Made by a program: the position numbers and the translations under genes
In this document: piece by piece, positions 20,665-31,012 of the stretch
Layout: each line of letters starts with the position of its first letter
How positions within the stretch are numbered: the first letter of the stretch is position 1
Notes under the pieces: model-generated
Told to the model about the DNA's origin: nothing
Database searches by the model: none
Seen by the model: the letters and a program-made list of their open reading frames with translations, nothing else
DNA from: Alphaproteobacteria bacterium
GTDB lineage: Bacteria > Pseudomonadota > Alphaproteobacteria > MPNO01
DNA length: 64,000 nucleotides
Reading direction: 5' to 3'
Assembly (NCBI GenBank): GCA_965248835.1
Contig: CBDFLJ010000002.1
Coordinates: 2,272,001-2,336,000 of the forward strand

Positions 20665-21549
20665 ATGTTACGTGACCACGGCCGCTTCAAGTTTTCCGCT
20701 ATCGTCGACCGCCCCGACTATACGTGGCCGGACGGCAAAAGACTGGCCTTCTACGTAGCTCTCAACATGGAGCACTTCTCCTACGGCGAGGGGCTCGGCA
20801 TCTCCATGTCGCCGGGCATTCCCCATCCCAACACCTACAACTGGGCGTGGCGCGAATACGGCAACCGCGTCGGCGTGTGGCGCCTCCTCGATTTGTTCGG
20901 GGACTTGGGGCTGCCCATCTCCGTTCTGCTGAATTCCGAGCTGTACGACCATAGCCCGGAGGTTATTGCCGCCTTTCGCGAGCGCGGCGATGAAATTGTC
21001 GGCCACGGGCGCACCAATTCCGAGCACCAGAACGACTTTGACGAGGCCGGCGAGGCGGCGCTCATCCAGAAGGCCACGGAAACTATCGCCAAGCACGAAG
21101 GCAAGCCGCCGGCCGGCTGGCTCAGCCCCGGCGTCAACCCCAGTGATGTGACCCCCGACCTCCTGCAGGAGGCCGGCTACACCTACATCCTCGACTGGCC
21201 CATGGACGACCAGCCGGTGTGGATCAAGACCCGTCAGGGCCAACTGCTCAGCCTGCCCTATCCGCACGAGGTCAACGACATCCCGATGATCATGCTGCAT
21301 CACGGCGACGCCGGGGCGTTCGCAGACATGATCATCGACAACTTCGACGAGATGATCGAGCAGTCGGAAAAGCAGCCTCTGGTCTATTGCGTCAGCCTGC
21401 ACGCCTTTATCGTGGGTCAGCCCTATCGCCTGCGCCACCTGCGACGCGCCCTCGAGCACATCTGCAAGCACCGCGACAAGCTTTGGATCGCGACGGGTGG
21501 GGATATTGCCAGCTACTTCGCCGAGGTGGCGCCGGTCAAACCGGAGTAA
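20665..21549 (+). CDS. Polysaccharide deacetylase family protein (PuuE allantoinase-like)
   Basis: WPDGKRLA, WREYGNRVGVWR, GHGRTN, GWLSP, DDQP, LHAFIVGQP. Confidence 0.88.
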   Translation: MLRDHGRFKFSAIVDRPDYTWPDGKRLAFYVALNMEHFSYGEGLGISMSPGIPHPNTYNWAWREYGNRVGVWRLLDLFGDLGLPISVLLNSELYDHSPEVIAAFRERGDEIVGHGRTNSEHQNDFDEAGEAALIQKATETIAKHEGKPPAGWLSPGVNPSDVTPDLLQEAGYTYILDWPMDDQPVWIKTRQGQLLSLPYPHEVNDIPMIMLHHGDAGAFADMIIDNFDEMIEQSEKQPLVYCVSLHAFIVGQPYRLRHLRRALEHICKHRDKLWIATGGDIASYFAEVAPVKPE

Positions 21550-21550
21550 G

Positions 21551-21575
21551 ACTGTCCCGTTAGTCTGACAATGCC
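21551..21575 (+). mobile_element. Isolated IS6 right-end sequence
   Basis: ctgtcccgttagtctgacaatgcc matches the IS6 end at ~8492-8515. Confidence 0.7.
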
Positions 21576-21595
21576 CCGAACCGCGCTACTCGGGA

Positions 21596-22459
21596 TCACT
21601 CGGCGCCGTGGCCGCCGCCATATCCGCTGGCCTCTGCCGGACGCCAGCCCGCCAGGTCCTCGTCCCGCGGGCGGAAGATGTCCACCCGCAGCGGATAGCA
21701 GGTCGCGCTGTCGCTGGAATGGCCGGCGCCGCAATCCCCGCCGGGGCAGGTAGACAACCCGGCCAGCAGGTCGATCTCCGCGAACAGCTCGATGAAATCG
21801 CCGGCCCGCGCCGGGCTCGCCTTCATGAAATACTGGTTCGTATCGCGCGTGTAGCCGGTGCACATGAACACGTTCACCACGTCATGCACATGCCTCTCCG
21901 CCTCGGCCAGTGACAGACCTCTCGCCGCGGCCAGCGCGCGGGTCAGGCTCGAATGGCAGCAATAGTGATAGTCCCCGCCGGTCAGCAGATGGTTGGTGTA
22001 GGGATCGCAGCGGGTGCCGATCACGTCGTGGACGCCGGCCCCGAACTCGTCGAAGCCGTACCAGTCCAGGGTGTCGTGCGTGATGGTGGCCATCGGGCGC
22101 AGCCACGGAAAGTTGCTCCACAGGCGATCGCCGGTGCTGACATGGGTCGCGTGCAGCGCGCGCGTCTTGCCGCTGTAGAACTGTTCCGAAAGATCGGCCG
22201 CGTTCCACAGATTCAGGTCGCCGACCTGCGAGCCGTCGGGGGTGAGGATGCGGAACAGATGCCCGGCCGGAACGTCGAAGGCCCGCGCGTCGCGCGGCGG
22301 CACGACGATCTCGTCAACCAGGGTCATGCCGCCGCGCACGGTCTCGTAGAACGCCCGGTCGTAGGGCGGCAGCCGATCCACCGTGTAGACGGTCACGGGC
22401 TCTACCGCGCGCCGCGCCGCTGCGTCCGCGGGCTCCGGATATTGCGCTGGAATCGCCAT
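21596..22459 (-). CDS. DUF1989 family protein (second, divergent type)
   Basis: QVGDLNLWN, HDVIGTRCDPY, CCHSSL, HDVVNVFMCTG, STCPGGDC; RBS AGGAG. Confidence 0.88.
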   Translation of the reverse strand: MAIPAQYPEPADAAARRAVEPVTVYTVDRLPPYDRAFYETVRGGMTLVDEIVVPPRDARAFDVPAGHLFRILTPDGSQVGDLNLWNAADLSEQFYSGKTRALHATHVSTGDRLWSNFPWLRPMATITHDTLDWYGFDEFGAGVHDVIGTRCDPYTNHLLTGGDYHYCCHSSLTRALAAARGLSLAEAERHVHDVVNVFMCTGYTRDTNQYFMKASPARAGDFIELFAEIDLLAGLSTCPGGDCGAGHSSDSATCYPLRVDIFRPRDEDLAGWRPAEASGYGGGHGAE

Positions 22460-22506
22460 GCTTCGCTCCTTTCGGTGAGCCCTCGGACGCGGTCGTGACG
22501 CCGCGT

Positions 22507-24192
22507 CTACCGCCCTTCGTTCCCGAACCCGTCGTCGACCACGATATCGAGCAGCGTCGGCCCGCTGCGCCGGGTCGACTCGGCGATGGCGGGCGCGATG
22601 TCGTCGGGGTCCGTGATCTGCTGCGCGGGCACACCCATCGAGCGGGCGAGCCCGGTGAAGTCGATCGGCGGGTCCTTGAATTCCATGCCGGTGTAGTCCT
22701 CGACGCCGTGAAACGCCTTCAACCGCTCCTTGATGATGCGGTAGCCGCCATTGTTGGCGATGACATAGGTGATCGGGCACTTCGCGTTCGCGGCGGTCCA
22801 CAGCGCCTGGATGCTGTACATCGCGCTGCCGTCGCCGACGACGGCGACGACCGGCCGATCCGGAAGCGCAAGCTGCACGCCCACCGCCCCGGCCATCGCG
22901 AACCCGATGCCGCCGCTGCCGAGGCCGAACAACGCCTTGGCGTCGCGGAACGGGTAGAGCGCGGGCAGGGCGCGGCCGCTCAGGATCCCTTCCTCGACGA
23001 TGACCGCGTCTTCGGGCAGCGCATCGACGATCCGGAGCATCGCCAGCTCCGGGGGTATCGGCGTTGCTCCGCCATGCGCCAGCACGCGGGCGCGGAGGGC
23101 TTCGCGCTTCGCGGACCAGTTGGACGTCTTGAGCGCCGCAATCGAAGCCGCCGCCTTCCCGGCCCCTTCGGCGCCCCGCCTGCTCTCGATCCGCCCGGCC
23201 AGTGCGGTGAGCGTCTCCTTCACATCGGCGCGCAGCGCGATCTCCGCCGGGTAGTTCTTGCCCATCTCCCAGTCCCGGAGACCGAGCTGGACCAGCGCCA
23301 TCCCGTCGGGCATCGGGTCAGTCTCGCTGAACACCGACATGCGCAGCACGTCCGCGCCCATGCAGAACATCAGGTCGTAGGGCGAGAGCGTCTCGCGGAC
23401 GTCGCGCTGGTCGCGGGTGAGCCCGCCCATGAAGGCGGGATGCTCGGAGAGGAAGTGCGCCCCGTCGCAGACCGTCTGCTGGTACACCGGCGCGCCGAGC
23501 AGCTCGGCGATCGTCGCGGCTTCGCGAAGGGCGTCCGAGGTCGCGATCTCGTGCCCGGCCAGGAGGACCGGGCGGCGCGCCGCGAGCAGCCGGTCGGCGA
23601 GGCGGTCGAGCGCCGCGTCGCTGGGACGACCGGCGGTGTCCACCCGTGTCGGTCGGCCGAGCTCGAGCGCGTCCTGTTCGTTGAGCACGTCGCCCGGCAG
23701 CGAGATGAACACCGGTCCGGTCGGCGGGGTCATCGCGACCTTCGCCGCGCGCCGCAGGATGCGCGGCAGGTCCTGAAGCCGGGTCACCTCCACCGCCCAT
23801 TTCACCAGCGGCTGGGCGATCGGCACCAGCGGCGCGTAGAGCATCGGCTCGGTGAGCCCGTGCCCCTGTTCCTGCTGCCCGGCGGTGAGGATGATCGGCG
23901 AGCCCATCCAATTCGCGTTGTAGAGCGAGCCCATGGCGTTGCCGAGCCCGGGCGCGACGTGGACGTTGCAGGCGCTGAGATGGCCGGAGGCGCGCGAATA
24001 GCCGTCCGCCATGGCCACCACCAGCGCCTCCTGCAGCGCCATCACATAGGTGATCGCCGGCCGGTCCGGCAGCGCCGCCATGACCGGCAGCTCGGTGGTG
24101 CCGGGGTTGCCGAAGAGATGCGACACCCCCTCGCTCTCGAGAAGGGCGAGAAAGGCCTCGCGGCCGAATATCGTGTTCATGGTGTCGGGCAT
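22507..24192 (-). CDS. Thiamine diphosphate-dependent enzyme (benzoylformate decarboxylase-like)
   Basis: FGNPGTTELP, LQEALVVAMADGY, GDGSAMY...NNGGY ThDP motif. Confidence 0.92.
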   Translation of the reverse strand: MPDTMNTIFGREAFLALLESEGVSHLFGNPGTTELPVMAALPDRPAITYVMALQEALVVAMADGYSRASGHLSACNVHVAPGLGNAMGSLYNANWMGSPIILTAGQQEQGHGLTEPMLYAPLVPIAQPLVKWAVEVTRLQDLPRILRRAAKVAMTPPTGPVFISLPGDVLNEQDALELGRPTRVDTAGRPSDAALDRLADRLLAARRPVLLAGHEIATSDALREAATIAELLGAPVYQQTVCDGAHFLSEHPAFMGGLTRDQRDVRETLSPYDLMFCMGADVLRMSVFSETDPMPDGMALVQLGLRDWEMGKNYPAEIALRADVKETLTALAGRIESRRGAEGAGKAAASIAALKTSNWSAKREALRARVLAHGGATPIPPELAMLRIVDALPEDAVIVEEGILSGRALPALYPFRDAKALFGLGSGGIGFAMAGAVGVQLALPDRPVVAVVGDGSAMYSIQALWTAANAKCPITYVIANNGGYRIIKERLKAFHGVEDYTGMEFKDPPIDFTGLARSMGVPAQQITDPDDIAPAIAESTRRSGPTLLDIVVDDGFGNEGR

Positions 24193-24281
24193 GATGCTCT
24201 CGGGAAACCCGGATCCGTCCTGGAGGATGGAGATTTCTCGATGCCTCGGCAACCGGACAGCGCCGGGAGGTCGCGACCGGC

Positions 24282-25475
24282 CTACACGGTCCGATGGCGG
24301 CGGACCACGAACACGTACACGACCAGCGCGAACAGGGAGGAGAGCAAAACGCCGTGCGCCAGCGCCGTCTGGGTGCCGTCGGTGGTCAGCGCGGCGACGA
24401 TCATCCCGACCGTCGCGCCGACGACCTGCTGCGTGAAGCCGATCAGGGACGAGGCCGCGCCCGCGATGCGGGGGAAGGGCTGCAGCGCGCCGGCGACCGT
24501 CTGCGGGTATATGAAGGAGAAGGAAAACAAGCAGAAGAACATCGGACCGATCACCGCCAGCCAGTGGTGAATTCCGGCCCAGGCGAGCCCGGCGAGCAGA
24601 AGGCCGGACAGCGATGCCCCGTACACGCCCCATCTCAGCAGGCGATCCACGCCCAACGGTCCCACGAGGCGGGCGCCCGCGAGCATCCCTATCATGGAGC
24701 CGGTCATGCAGCCGGCGAACATGTAGGCATAGGCGGTCTCGGTCTCGCCGAAGAACGTGATGATCACATGCGGCGACGCGGCGAGGAAAGAGAACAGGAT
24801 ACCGTAGGATGCGGAAGCGCAGGCCGTGTAGGCCCAGAAGGCCACGCTGCGGGAGATTTCCCCGAAATTCCTCAGCATCGGCGCGATGCGCAGGGCGTCC
24901 GGATCGGGTCGGTCCAGGGTCTCCCCGAACGCCAGCCCGAACAGCATCGCGATCAGGACGCTGTAGGCGGCGATGAACAGGAACATCGCGTTCCAACCGA
25001 AAGATACAGTCAGATGCGCCCCGACGATCGGCGCGAACAGGGGCCCGAAGCAGAAAAAGAACAGCACCAGCGAGAGCACGCGCGCGGCGTCGCTGCGCTC
25101 ATAGCGGTCCCGGACAACGGCACGCGCGACGATAAACCCCGACGCCGCCGAGACGCCGTGCACAAACCGGAACGCAATCAGCACTTCGACGGTCTCTGCC
25201 AGGGCGCAACCCAGCGCCGCGACGGCAGTGACCAACAGGCCTGCGATGATGACCGGTTTCCTGCCGAACCGGTCCGACAACGGGCCCGGCAGTATCTGGC
25301 CCACGGCCACGCCGACCATGAACAGGCTGAGGCTGAGCTGCACCAGCGTGCGGGTGGAACCCAGCGCTTCGACCATGGCGGGCATCGCCGGAAGCGTGCC
25401 GTCGATCCCCATCGCGGTGGCCAACGAGGTCAGGGCGAGGAGAGCCGCGACTCCGACGCTGCCCGAAGACTTCAC
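24282..25475 (-). CDS. Bcr/CflA-family MFS transporter
   Basis: GPLSDRFGRKPV, ARAVVRD, AGAASSL; about 12 hydrophobic segments. Confidence 0.9.
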   Translation of the reverse strand: MKSSGSVGVAALLALTSLATAMGIDGTLPAMPAMVEALGSTRTLVQLSLSLFMVGVAVGQILPGPLSDRFGRKPVIIAGLLVTAVAALGCALAETVEVLIAFRFVHGVSAASGFIVARAVVRDRYERSDAARVLSLVLFFFCFGPLFAPIVGAHLTVSFGWNAMFLFIAAYSVLIAMLFGLAFGETLDRPDPDALRIAPMLRNFGEISRSVAFWAYTACASASYGILFSFLAASPHVIITFFGETETAYAYMFAGCMTGSMIGMLAGARLVGPLGVDRLLRWGVYGASLSGLLLAGLAWAGIHHWLAVIGPMFFCLFSFSFIYPQTVAGALQPFPRIAGAASSLIGFTQQVVGATVGMIVAALTTDGTQTALAHGVLLSSLFALVVYVFVVRRHRTV

Positions 25476-25697
25476 GGGCGATCTTCAGGATCGGCCATGT
25501 TTCCGTCCCCTCCCTGCCGAGGCCGCCGGGCCGCCTGTCCGAACGGCGCCGAAGATTGACCCCGATCCGGAGTGAGCCCCTGGGACCCACTCCATCATTC
25601 CGCGGCGCCAGAATGATGGAGTGGACGCCTCCTCTCGACGGCATCGCGATGTGCCAAAGTGGTGTTGTGGTTCAACCCCCTGAAGGAGGAGGCATCC

Positions 25698-25904
25698 ATG
25701 GAACAGGTTAACATCATCGGGATCGATCTGGCGAAGCGCAGCTTTCAGCTGCATGGGGGCGTGCGGACGGATCGGTGGCGTTCCGTACGAAACTGAGCCG
25801 GGGGAAGCTGCTGGATTTCTCGCCGCGCAGCCGCGCTGTGTGGTTGCGATGGAGGCCTGCGCGAGCGCTCACCACTGGGGCCGCGATCCTGAAGCTCGGC
25901 CATG
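25698..25904 (+). pseudogene. IS110-family transposase 5' fragment
   Basis: MEQVNIIGIDLAKRSFQLHG, VAMEACASAHHWGR; frameshifted and cut by an IS6 end. Confidence 0.8.
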
Positions 25905-27072
25905 GGCATTGTCAGACTAACAGAACAGGACTTGTAGAACCTACAATCGAGTGCCTTCAGGCTGCTAGAGCAATTTCCGATCAGACACGGTCATATCCTG
26001 CAGCAGCGAAGTAGTTTTCACATTCCGTTGGGGTGAATATCTTGATGCCGTATGCAATCGCGTCCCAAAGATCGTCGACCGTTCGGGCCGCAGTCTTTTC
26101 GAGGAAGGCCTTGAGCTTGGAGAAAGCCATCTCAATGGGATTGAAGTCGGGGGAGTACGGCGGAAGAAAACGCAGTTCAGCGCCCACGGCTTCGATGGCG
26201 AGGCGTACCGTGACAGGTTTGTGCGCAGGCAGATTGTCCATGATGACGATATCGCCGGGCGAGAGCGTTGGCGCCAGCACCTGTTCCACGTATTCCAGGA
26301 AGGCGGCACCGTGCATGGCGCCGTCGAGGATCATGGGCGCGGTCATGCCTTCCAGCCTGAGCGCGCCGACGAAGGTGGTCGTCTTCCAATGCCCATGGGG
26401 CACCGGCGCCCGGCAGCGTTCGCCGCGCGGCGATCGACCATAACGCCGAGCCATCTTGGTCGATGCTCCGGTCTCGTCGATGAAAACAAGCCGCTCCGGC
26501 TCCAGATCGGGCTGGGATTCGAACCAGGCTCGACGACGCCGCAGAACGTCAGGCCGCTGTTGTTCGCTGGCGTGCGCGGTTTTTTTTGAACGTCATACCG
26601 TGGCGATCAAGCAGACGCCAGACGGTGCTTGGAGCGACCTTCAGCTCATGCGTCTCATCCAGATGCACGGCGATCTCGCCCAGGGTGATGTCCGGCGTTT
26701 CCTCGATCAGAGCCAGGACTTCCTCGGCATGGGCTTCGATCCGCTGCGAGCGATAATCCCCGCCCTGCGGCTGGGGTCGGACATTGCCCGTTCGTCGCCA
26801 TTGATCCACCCATTTGATCGCTGTCGACGCCGCGACCCCAAAGCGTTCCGCCGCACAGCGCCGCGACATCCCGTCTTCAACTGCCGATATCAGCCGTTCC
26901 CGTAAATCAATCGAAAGAGGTTTCGTCATGCACGCTGGCCTCCTTCTCCAGCACGCATCTTGAATCACAAACCCCGACTCAAGGGAATCCCCTATGATTC
27001 TGTCTGATCTGAAAGTGCTCTAGTTGACGCCACTCGGCCAGGGCGGCGGCCCGGTCTTGTTTGAAAATGTCA
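25905..27072 (-). mobile_element. IS6 right-end remnant, interrupted by an IS630 element
   Basis: 25905-25964 and 27024-27070 together match the reverse complement of ~8405-8515. Confidence 0.78.
25965..27023 (-). mobile_element. IS630-family element with frameshifted orfA (26549-26929) and orfB (ends 25981)
   Basis: CTAG-bounded IRs ctagagcaatttccgatc / gatctgaaagtgctctag; [21 protein letters not shown]; A8 slippery run at ~26580. Confidence 0.92.
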
Positions 27073-27490
27073 ACGGAAAGGATTTCGCATCCGGCAAAAC
27101 CATGGATGCCCCATCTGCCCATCAATCCATTTTTGTCTGACAACGCCCCTTTGACAGCACATTGGTGTCGACAGCGATCACCGCGTGTCCGAATCGCCGT
27201 AGATCAACTCTCCCAGTTCGGGCCAGGAATACCGCTCGAGCGGGTCGTTCGCACCAGGATCGTCCATTCTGAGACCGGGAAGGATGTATCCGCGTCGGGA
27301 CGGTGAGGGCGAGAGCACGCGCCGGGCCTGATCGTTAGCTTCCGTCGAGGAGAAATGCATCGATCTTTTTCCGTCAGCTGGCCCGCCTGGCCGCTCGTAG
27401 CCGTAGCGGGCTGTATGCGGGTCGTTCAGATGTCGGAGGAGCGTGGCAACTTCGGTTCGACATCAAATGCGGTGTCGGCCGCATCGAAAA

Positions 27491-28012
27491 TCAACGACCG
27501 CCGCTTGTGGGCTTGAACATGCGACGGGCGATGCCGCCCTTATCGAAAATTGCGTGTTTGGCCGCTCCCAGAATATGCAGGGCAAGCAGAGGTATGAACA
27601 GATGTCCGGAGACATCGTGCACCTCGTCCATGAGCTCGTGAAAGGGTCGGCTTGCCGTCATCGGTGAGGGAATGGCCACACCGAATACGTCCAACGGGCG
27701 GCCCTGCGACCAGGGCAACAGGTAGCCGGTAATCACCGCGACGACGATGGCCACCAGAAACCCCCACTGCACCACCCGCGCGGCGGCATTGAGCAGGAAT
27801 GCCTGATCCGGCAAAGCGGCCATGCCGCCTCTTGCGCGATGCCACACACGCCACAGCAGAAAGACGCCGGCGATGGCACCGCCGCTCACGTGAATGACAT
27901 ACGCCGCGCTGCCGCGCTCCCCATCGTGGGTCAGGAACAACGCGATCACGAAGATCGCCGCAAGCCAGTGAAGAACGATCGATAGCGACGAATAGCCGTC
28001 CGCGCGGTCCAT
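27491..28012 (-). CDS. Cytochrome b561 family protein
   Basis: IVLHWL, HVSGG, EVHD and LHILGAAKH heme-ligand histidines; four TM segments. Confidence 0.85.
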   Translation of the reverse strand: MDRADGYSSLSIVLHWLAAIFVIALFLTHDGERGSAAYVIHVSGGAIAGVFLLWRVWHRARGGMAALPDQAFLLNAAARVVQWGFLVAIVVAVITGYLLPWSQGRPLDVFGVAIPSPMTASRPFHELMDEVHDVSGHLFIPLLALHILGAAKHAIFDKGGIARRMFKPTSGGR

Positions 28013-28261
28013 GATGCTTCCTCTCCTATGCCAAATCACATGCCGCGAGGGAACGTATTCGGCGAAGGCGCGTTAACCCAAAGAATCACTCCGTTTTCGA
28101 TGAGATAGGCTGCGCCGATGGAATACCCACCAGATGGAGCGACGACCATGTCCGAACTCGGAGGCATCGAAATCGACTTGGAGGTTTACAAGGCCATTGA
28201 GTTGGAGCGCCGGAGCTTTTCCTGATCCTCCGCCATCGAATTGGTCCGTGTTCAGGTTTTG

Positions 28262-28434
28262 GAACGAGGAGGACCGCCTGGTCGCGGACACGATCGAGCT
28301 GGCCCGCCGGTACGGCCGGTACGGCGATCGCCGGATCGCGGCCCTGCTGCGCGACGCCGGCCGGCCGGCCAGCTTGGCGGAGAAACCGTCAATGCACTAA
28401 CATTCAAACCGGGCCAGTCAGTGGGGGCCGGTCA
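28262..28434 (+). pseudogene. Internally deleted IS3-family remnant
   Basis: EEDRLVADTIELARRYGRYGDRRIAALLRDAG, followed by an IS3-like end ...gtgggggccggtca. Confidence 0.65.
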
Positions 28435-28450
28435 CCCCAGGAGAACGTCC

Positions 28451-28571
28451 ATGAGTGTTCTGGATGACCTGAAACGTGACCTCGTCAGGGCGAACCGCAT
28501 CCTCGCGAATGAGGGGATCGTCGACGCATGGGGCCACATCAGCTTCCGCAACCCGGAGAATCCCGACACCT
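28451..28571 (+). pseudogene. Class II aldolase/adducin gene, N-terminal 40 codons
   Basis: RBS AGGAG; MSVLDDLKRDLVRANRILANEGIVDAWGHISFRNPENPDT; joins 5871..5273 in frame across ACCT. Confidence 0.88.
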
Positions 28572-29903
28572 GGACGCCTCCATTTACCTCGCGAATTTTG
28601 CCTGGTTGTGATTCTCTGCGGCGGTTCGGTTCGAGGAGGTATTGATGAGGCAGGCTGGTCTGTTCGGCTTACCGGATCATCTTCGGAAGCTATCGGCGAC
28701 GGGTGATCCGTTGGAGGTGCTGGCGAAGGTCGTCGACTTCGAGATTTTCCGCGCGCCGCTTGAGGCGGCGCTGGGCTATTCGGACGGATCGAAAGGCGGC
28801 CGCCCGGCCTACGATGCGGTGGCGATGTTCAAGGTACTGATCCTGGCCGCGCGGCACACGGTGAGCGACGAGCGGATGGAGTTTCTGATCCGCGACCGCT
28901 TGAGCTGGCTTCGCTTCCTGGGCTTCGATCTCGGAGCGCCGACGCCGGACCGCAACACCATATGGATCTTTCGCGAGCGTCTGGTCCGGGCCGGGGCGAT
29001 GGATAAGCTGTTTGCCGCCTTCGATGGCGAACTGCGCCGGTGCGGCTATCTGGCGATGGGCGGGCAGATCGTCGATGCGACGTTGGTATCGGCGCCCAAG
29101 CAGCGCAACAGCGACGACGAGAAGGCGGCGATCAAGGCAGGCAAGAGGGCATCCGAGATCTGGCCCGATCAGCCGGCCAAGGCGGCGCAGAAGGACACGG
29201 ATGCGCGGTGGACGGTGAAGACCGGGCGGCGCAAGAACCCCGCCGGGGCGCAACGGCGCATGCCCGACATCGCGATCCCGGTGTTCGGCTACAGCGAGCA
29301 GGACCGTCGCGCCAGTGGCGCGGCGTAAGCCCGCGCAGCCCATGTCGTCATCGATCGGGCCTACGGCTTCATCCGCAGCTCGGCAGTGACCGATGCCGCC
29401 CGCCATGACGGCAAGATGTTGCGTCATCTCGTCACCGGCGACAATCTGGCCGCCGGCGTGTGGGCCGACAGCGCCTATCGCTCGAAGGCCAACGAGGCGT
29501 GGCTGGCCGGCAAGGGTCGGGTCTCCCACATCCACCGCAAGAAGCCGCCGGGCCGGGCCATGCCCAAGGCGACCGCCCGGGCCAATGCCCGCAAGTCAGC
29601 GGTCCGTGCGCATGTCGAGCACGTCTTCGCCCAGCAGAAGGATCGCATGGGCCTGTTCGTCCGTACCATCGGGCTCGAGCGGGCGGCGGCCAAGATCGGC
29701 CTCGCCAACCTGGCTTATAATTTCCAGCGTCTGATCTTCCATGAGCGCAGCGCCGCCATGGCATGAGTCCGCCCGAATAGCGCCAAAACCCTCCGCCGAG
29801 AACGAAACGGCGGATGATTGCGGACGTCAACACCGCCGATCTCAGCGAAAGTCGGACAGCACACCGAAATCTTCGTCAAATCCCCCGGTTGTTAGAGGTC
29901 TCC
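28572..29903 (+). mobile_element. IS5-family element, copy 2 (1332 bp); transposase 28645-29766 with in-frame TAA at 29326
   Basis: Near-identical inverted copy of 5876-7207. Confidence 0.92.
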
Positions 29904-29907
29904 ACCT

Positions 29908-30809
29908 GGGTGCCCTCCCCGACGAAGCCGCTCCGCTGATCGTCGGCGACATCGACCGGTTGCCCTCGGTCGGCCCCAGCCAGGTGCTGGCCGACATCAT
30001 GGCCTCCGGCGCGATCCCCGTCGTGCGGTTGACCGAGGTATTCCGTCAGGCGGCGCGAAGCCGGATCGTCACCAGCGCGCACGGGATCAAGCCGGGGCGC
30101 CATTCCCAATCTTGCCAGGCCCGAGGGTGACAGCGACTTCTACTTCGTGCAGGCGGACGATCCGGAAACCGCGGTTCCTATGATCATCGAGTCGGTGAAG
30201 ACGCACATCCCGAAGCGGTTCGGGCTCGATCCGGTGCGCGACATCCAGGTATTGTGCCCGATGAACCGCGGCGCCGCCGGCGCCCGCTCGCTCAACATCG
30301 AGCTTCAGGCCGCCCTCAATCCCGCCGGCGAACGCAAGGTCGAACGCTTCGGCTGGATCTTCGCGCTCGGCGACAAAGTGATGCAGATCGAAAACGATTA
30401 CGACAAGGAGGTCTACACCGGCGACATCGGCACTATCGACGATGTCGATCCCGATGAAGGCGAACTGACCGCGCGTTTCGACGGGCGCGCCGTCGCCTAT
30501 GGTTTCGGCGAGATCGACACCCTGGTTCCGGCATACGCTGCGACCATTCACAAGAGGCAGGGCTCGGAGTATCCCGCCGTCGTCATCCCGATCCTGACGC
30601 AACACTACGCGATGCTTCAGCGGAACCTGCTCTACACCGGCGTGACGCGCGACAAGCGGCTGGTCGTGCTGGTCGGACAAAAGAAGGCGGTGGCCATCGC
30701 CGTGCGCAACGTCTCGGGCAGGCGGCGCTGGTCGAAGCTCAACGAGTGGCTTGGCGATGCGAGTGGCGGCGATGTGGGCAACCGGGTTGCGCTCTCTTCC
30801 AGCTGCTGA
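29908..30809 (+). pseudogene. RecD2-like SF1B helicase, 3' part, frameshifted
   Basis: [59 protein letters not shown]; the 5' part is missing at the IS. Confidence 0.85.
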
Positions 30810-31012
30810 TCCGGGAAGCGCGCTCGCATGCGGAAATAGCGTTGCATGCCTGACATCGCCTCCGCCGCTTTTCGTTGCCCGCGGGCACGACCTGACTTAG
30901 GCTGCGGCATTGTGGCGACATGTAGGCCAAGAAAATACAGGCCAAGAATACACACGGGGGTAATCGCGACGGGACGTTTCGCCCGGTCGGTCCCCAGGCT
31001 AAGGAGGAACTC

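Noticed and set aside
22460-22506. Guanidine-II riboswitch before the second DUF1989 gene
   Set aside because: One hairpin loop contains ACGA, but paired ACGR tetraloop hairpins are absent and the gap is intra-operonic
22495-24570. 691-aa plus-strand ORF and similar long antisense ORFs (10741..11979, 19218..20594, 45349..46656)
   Set aside because: Each lies opposite a well-supported gene; expected in high-GC DNA
28148-28225. Short ORF MSELGGIEIDLEVYKAIELERRSFS
   Set aside because: Looks like a decayed gene start but is too short to assign
29326-29328. Selenocysteine or pyrrolysine recoding in the IS5 transposase
   Set aside because: The stop is TAA, not TGA or TAG, and lies inside an inserted segment
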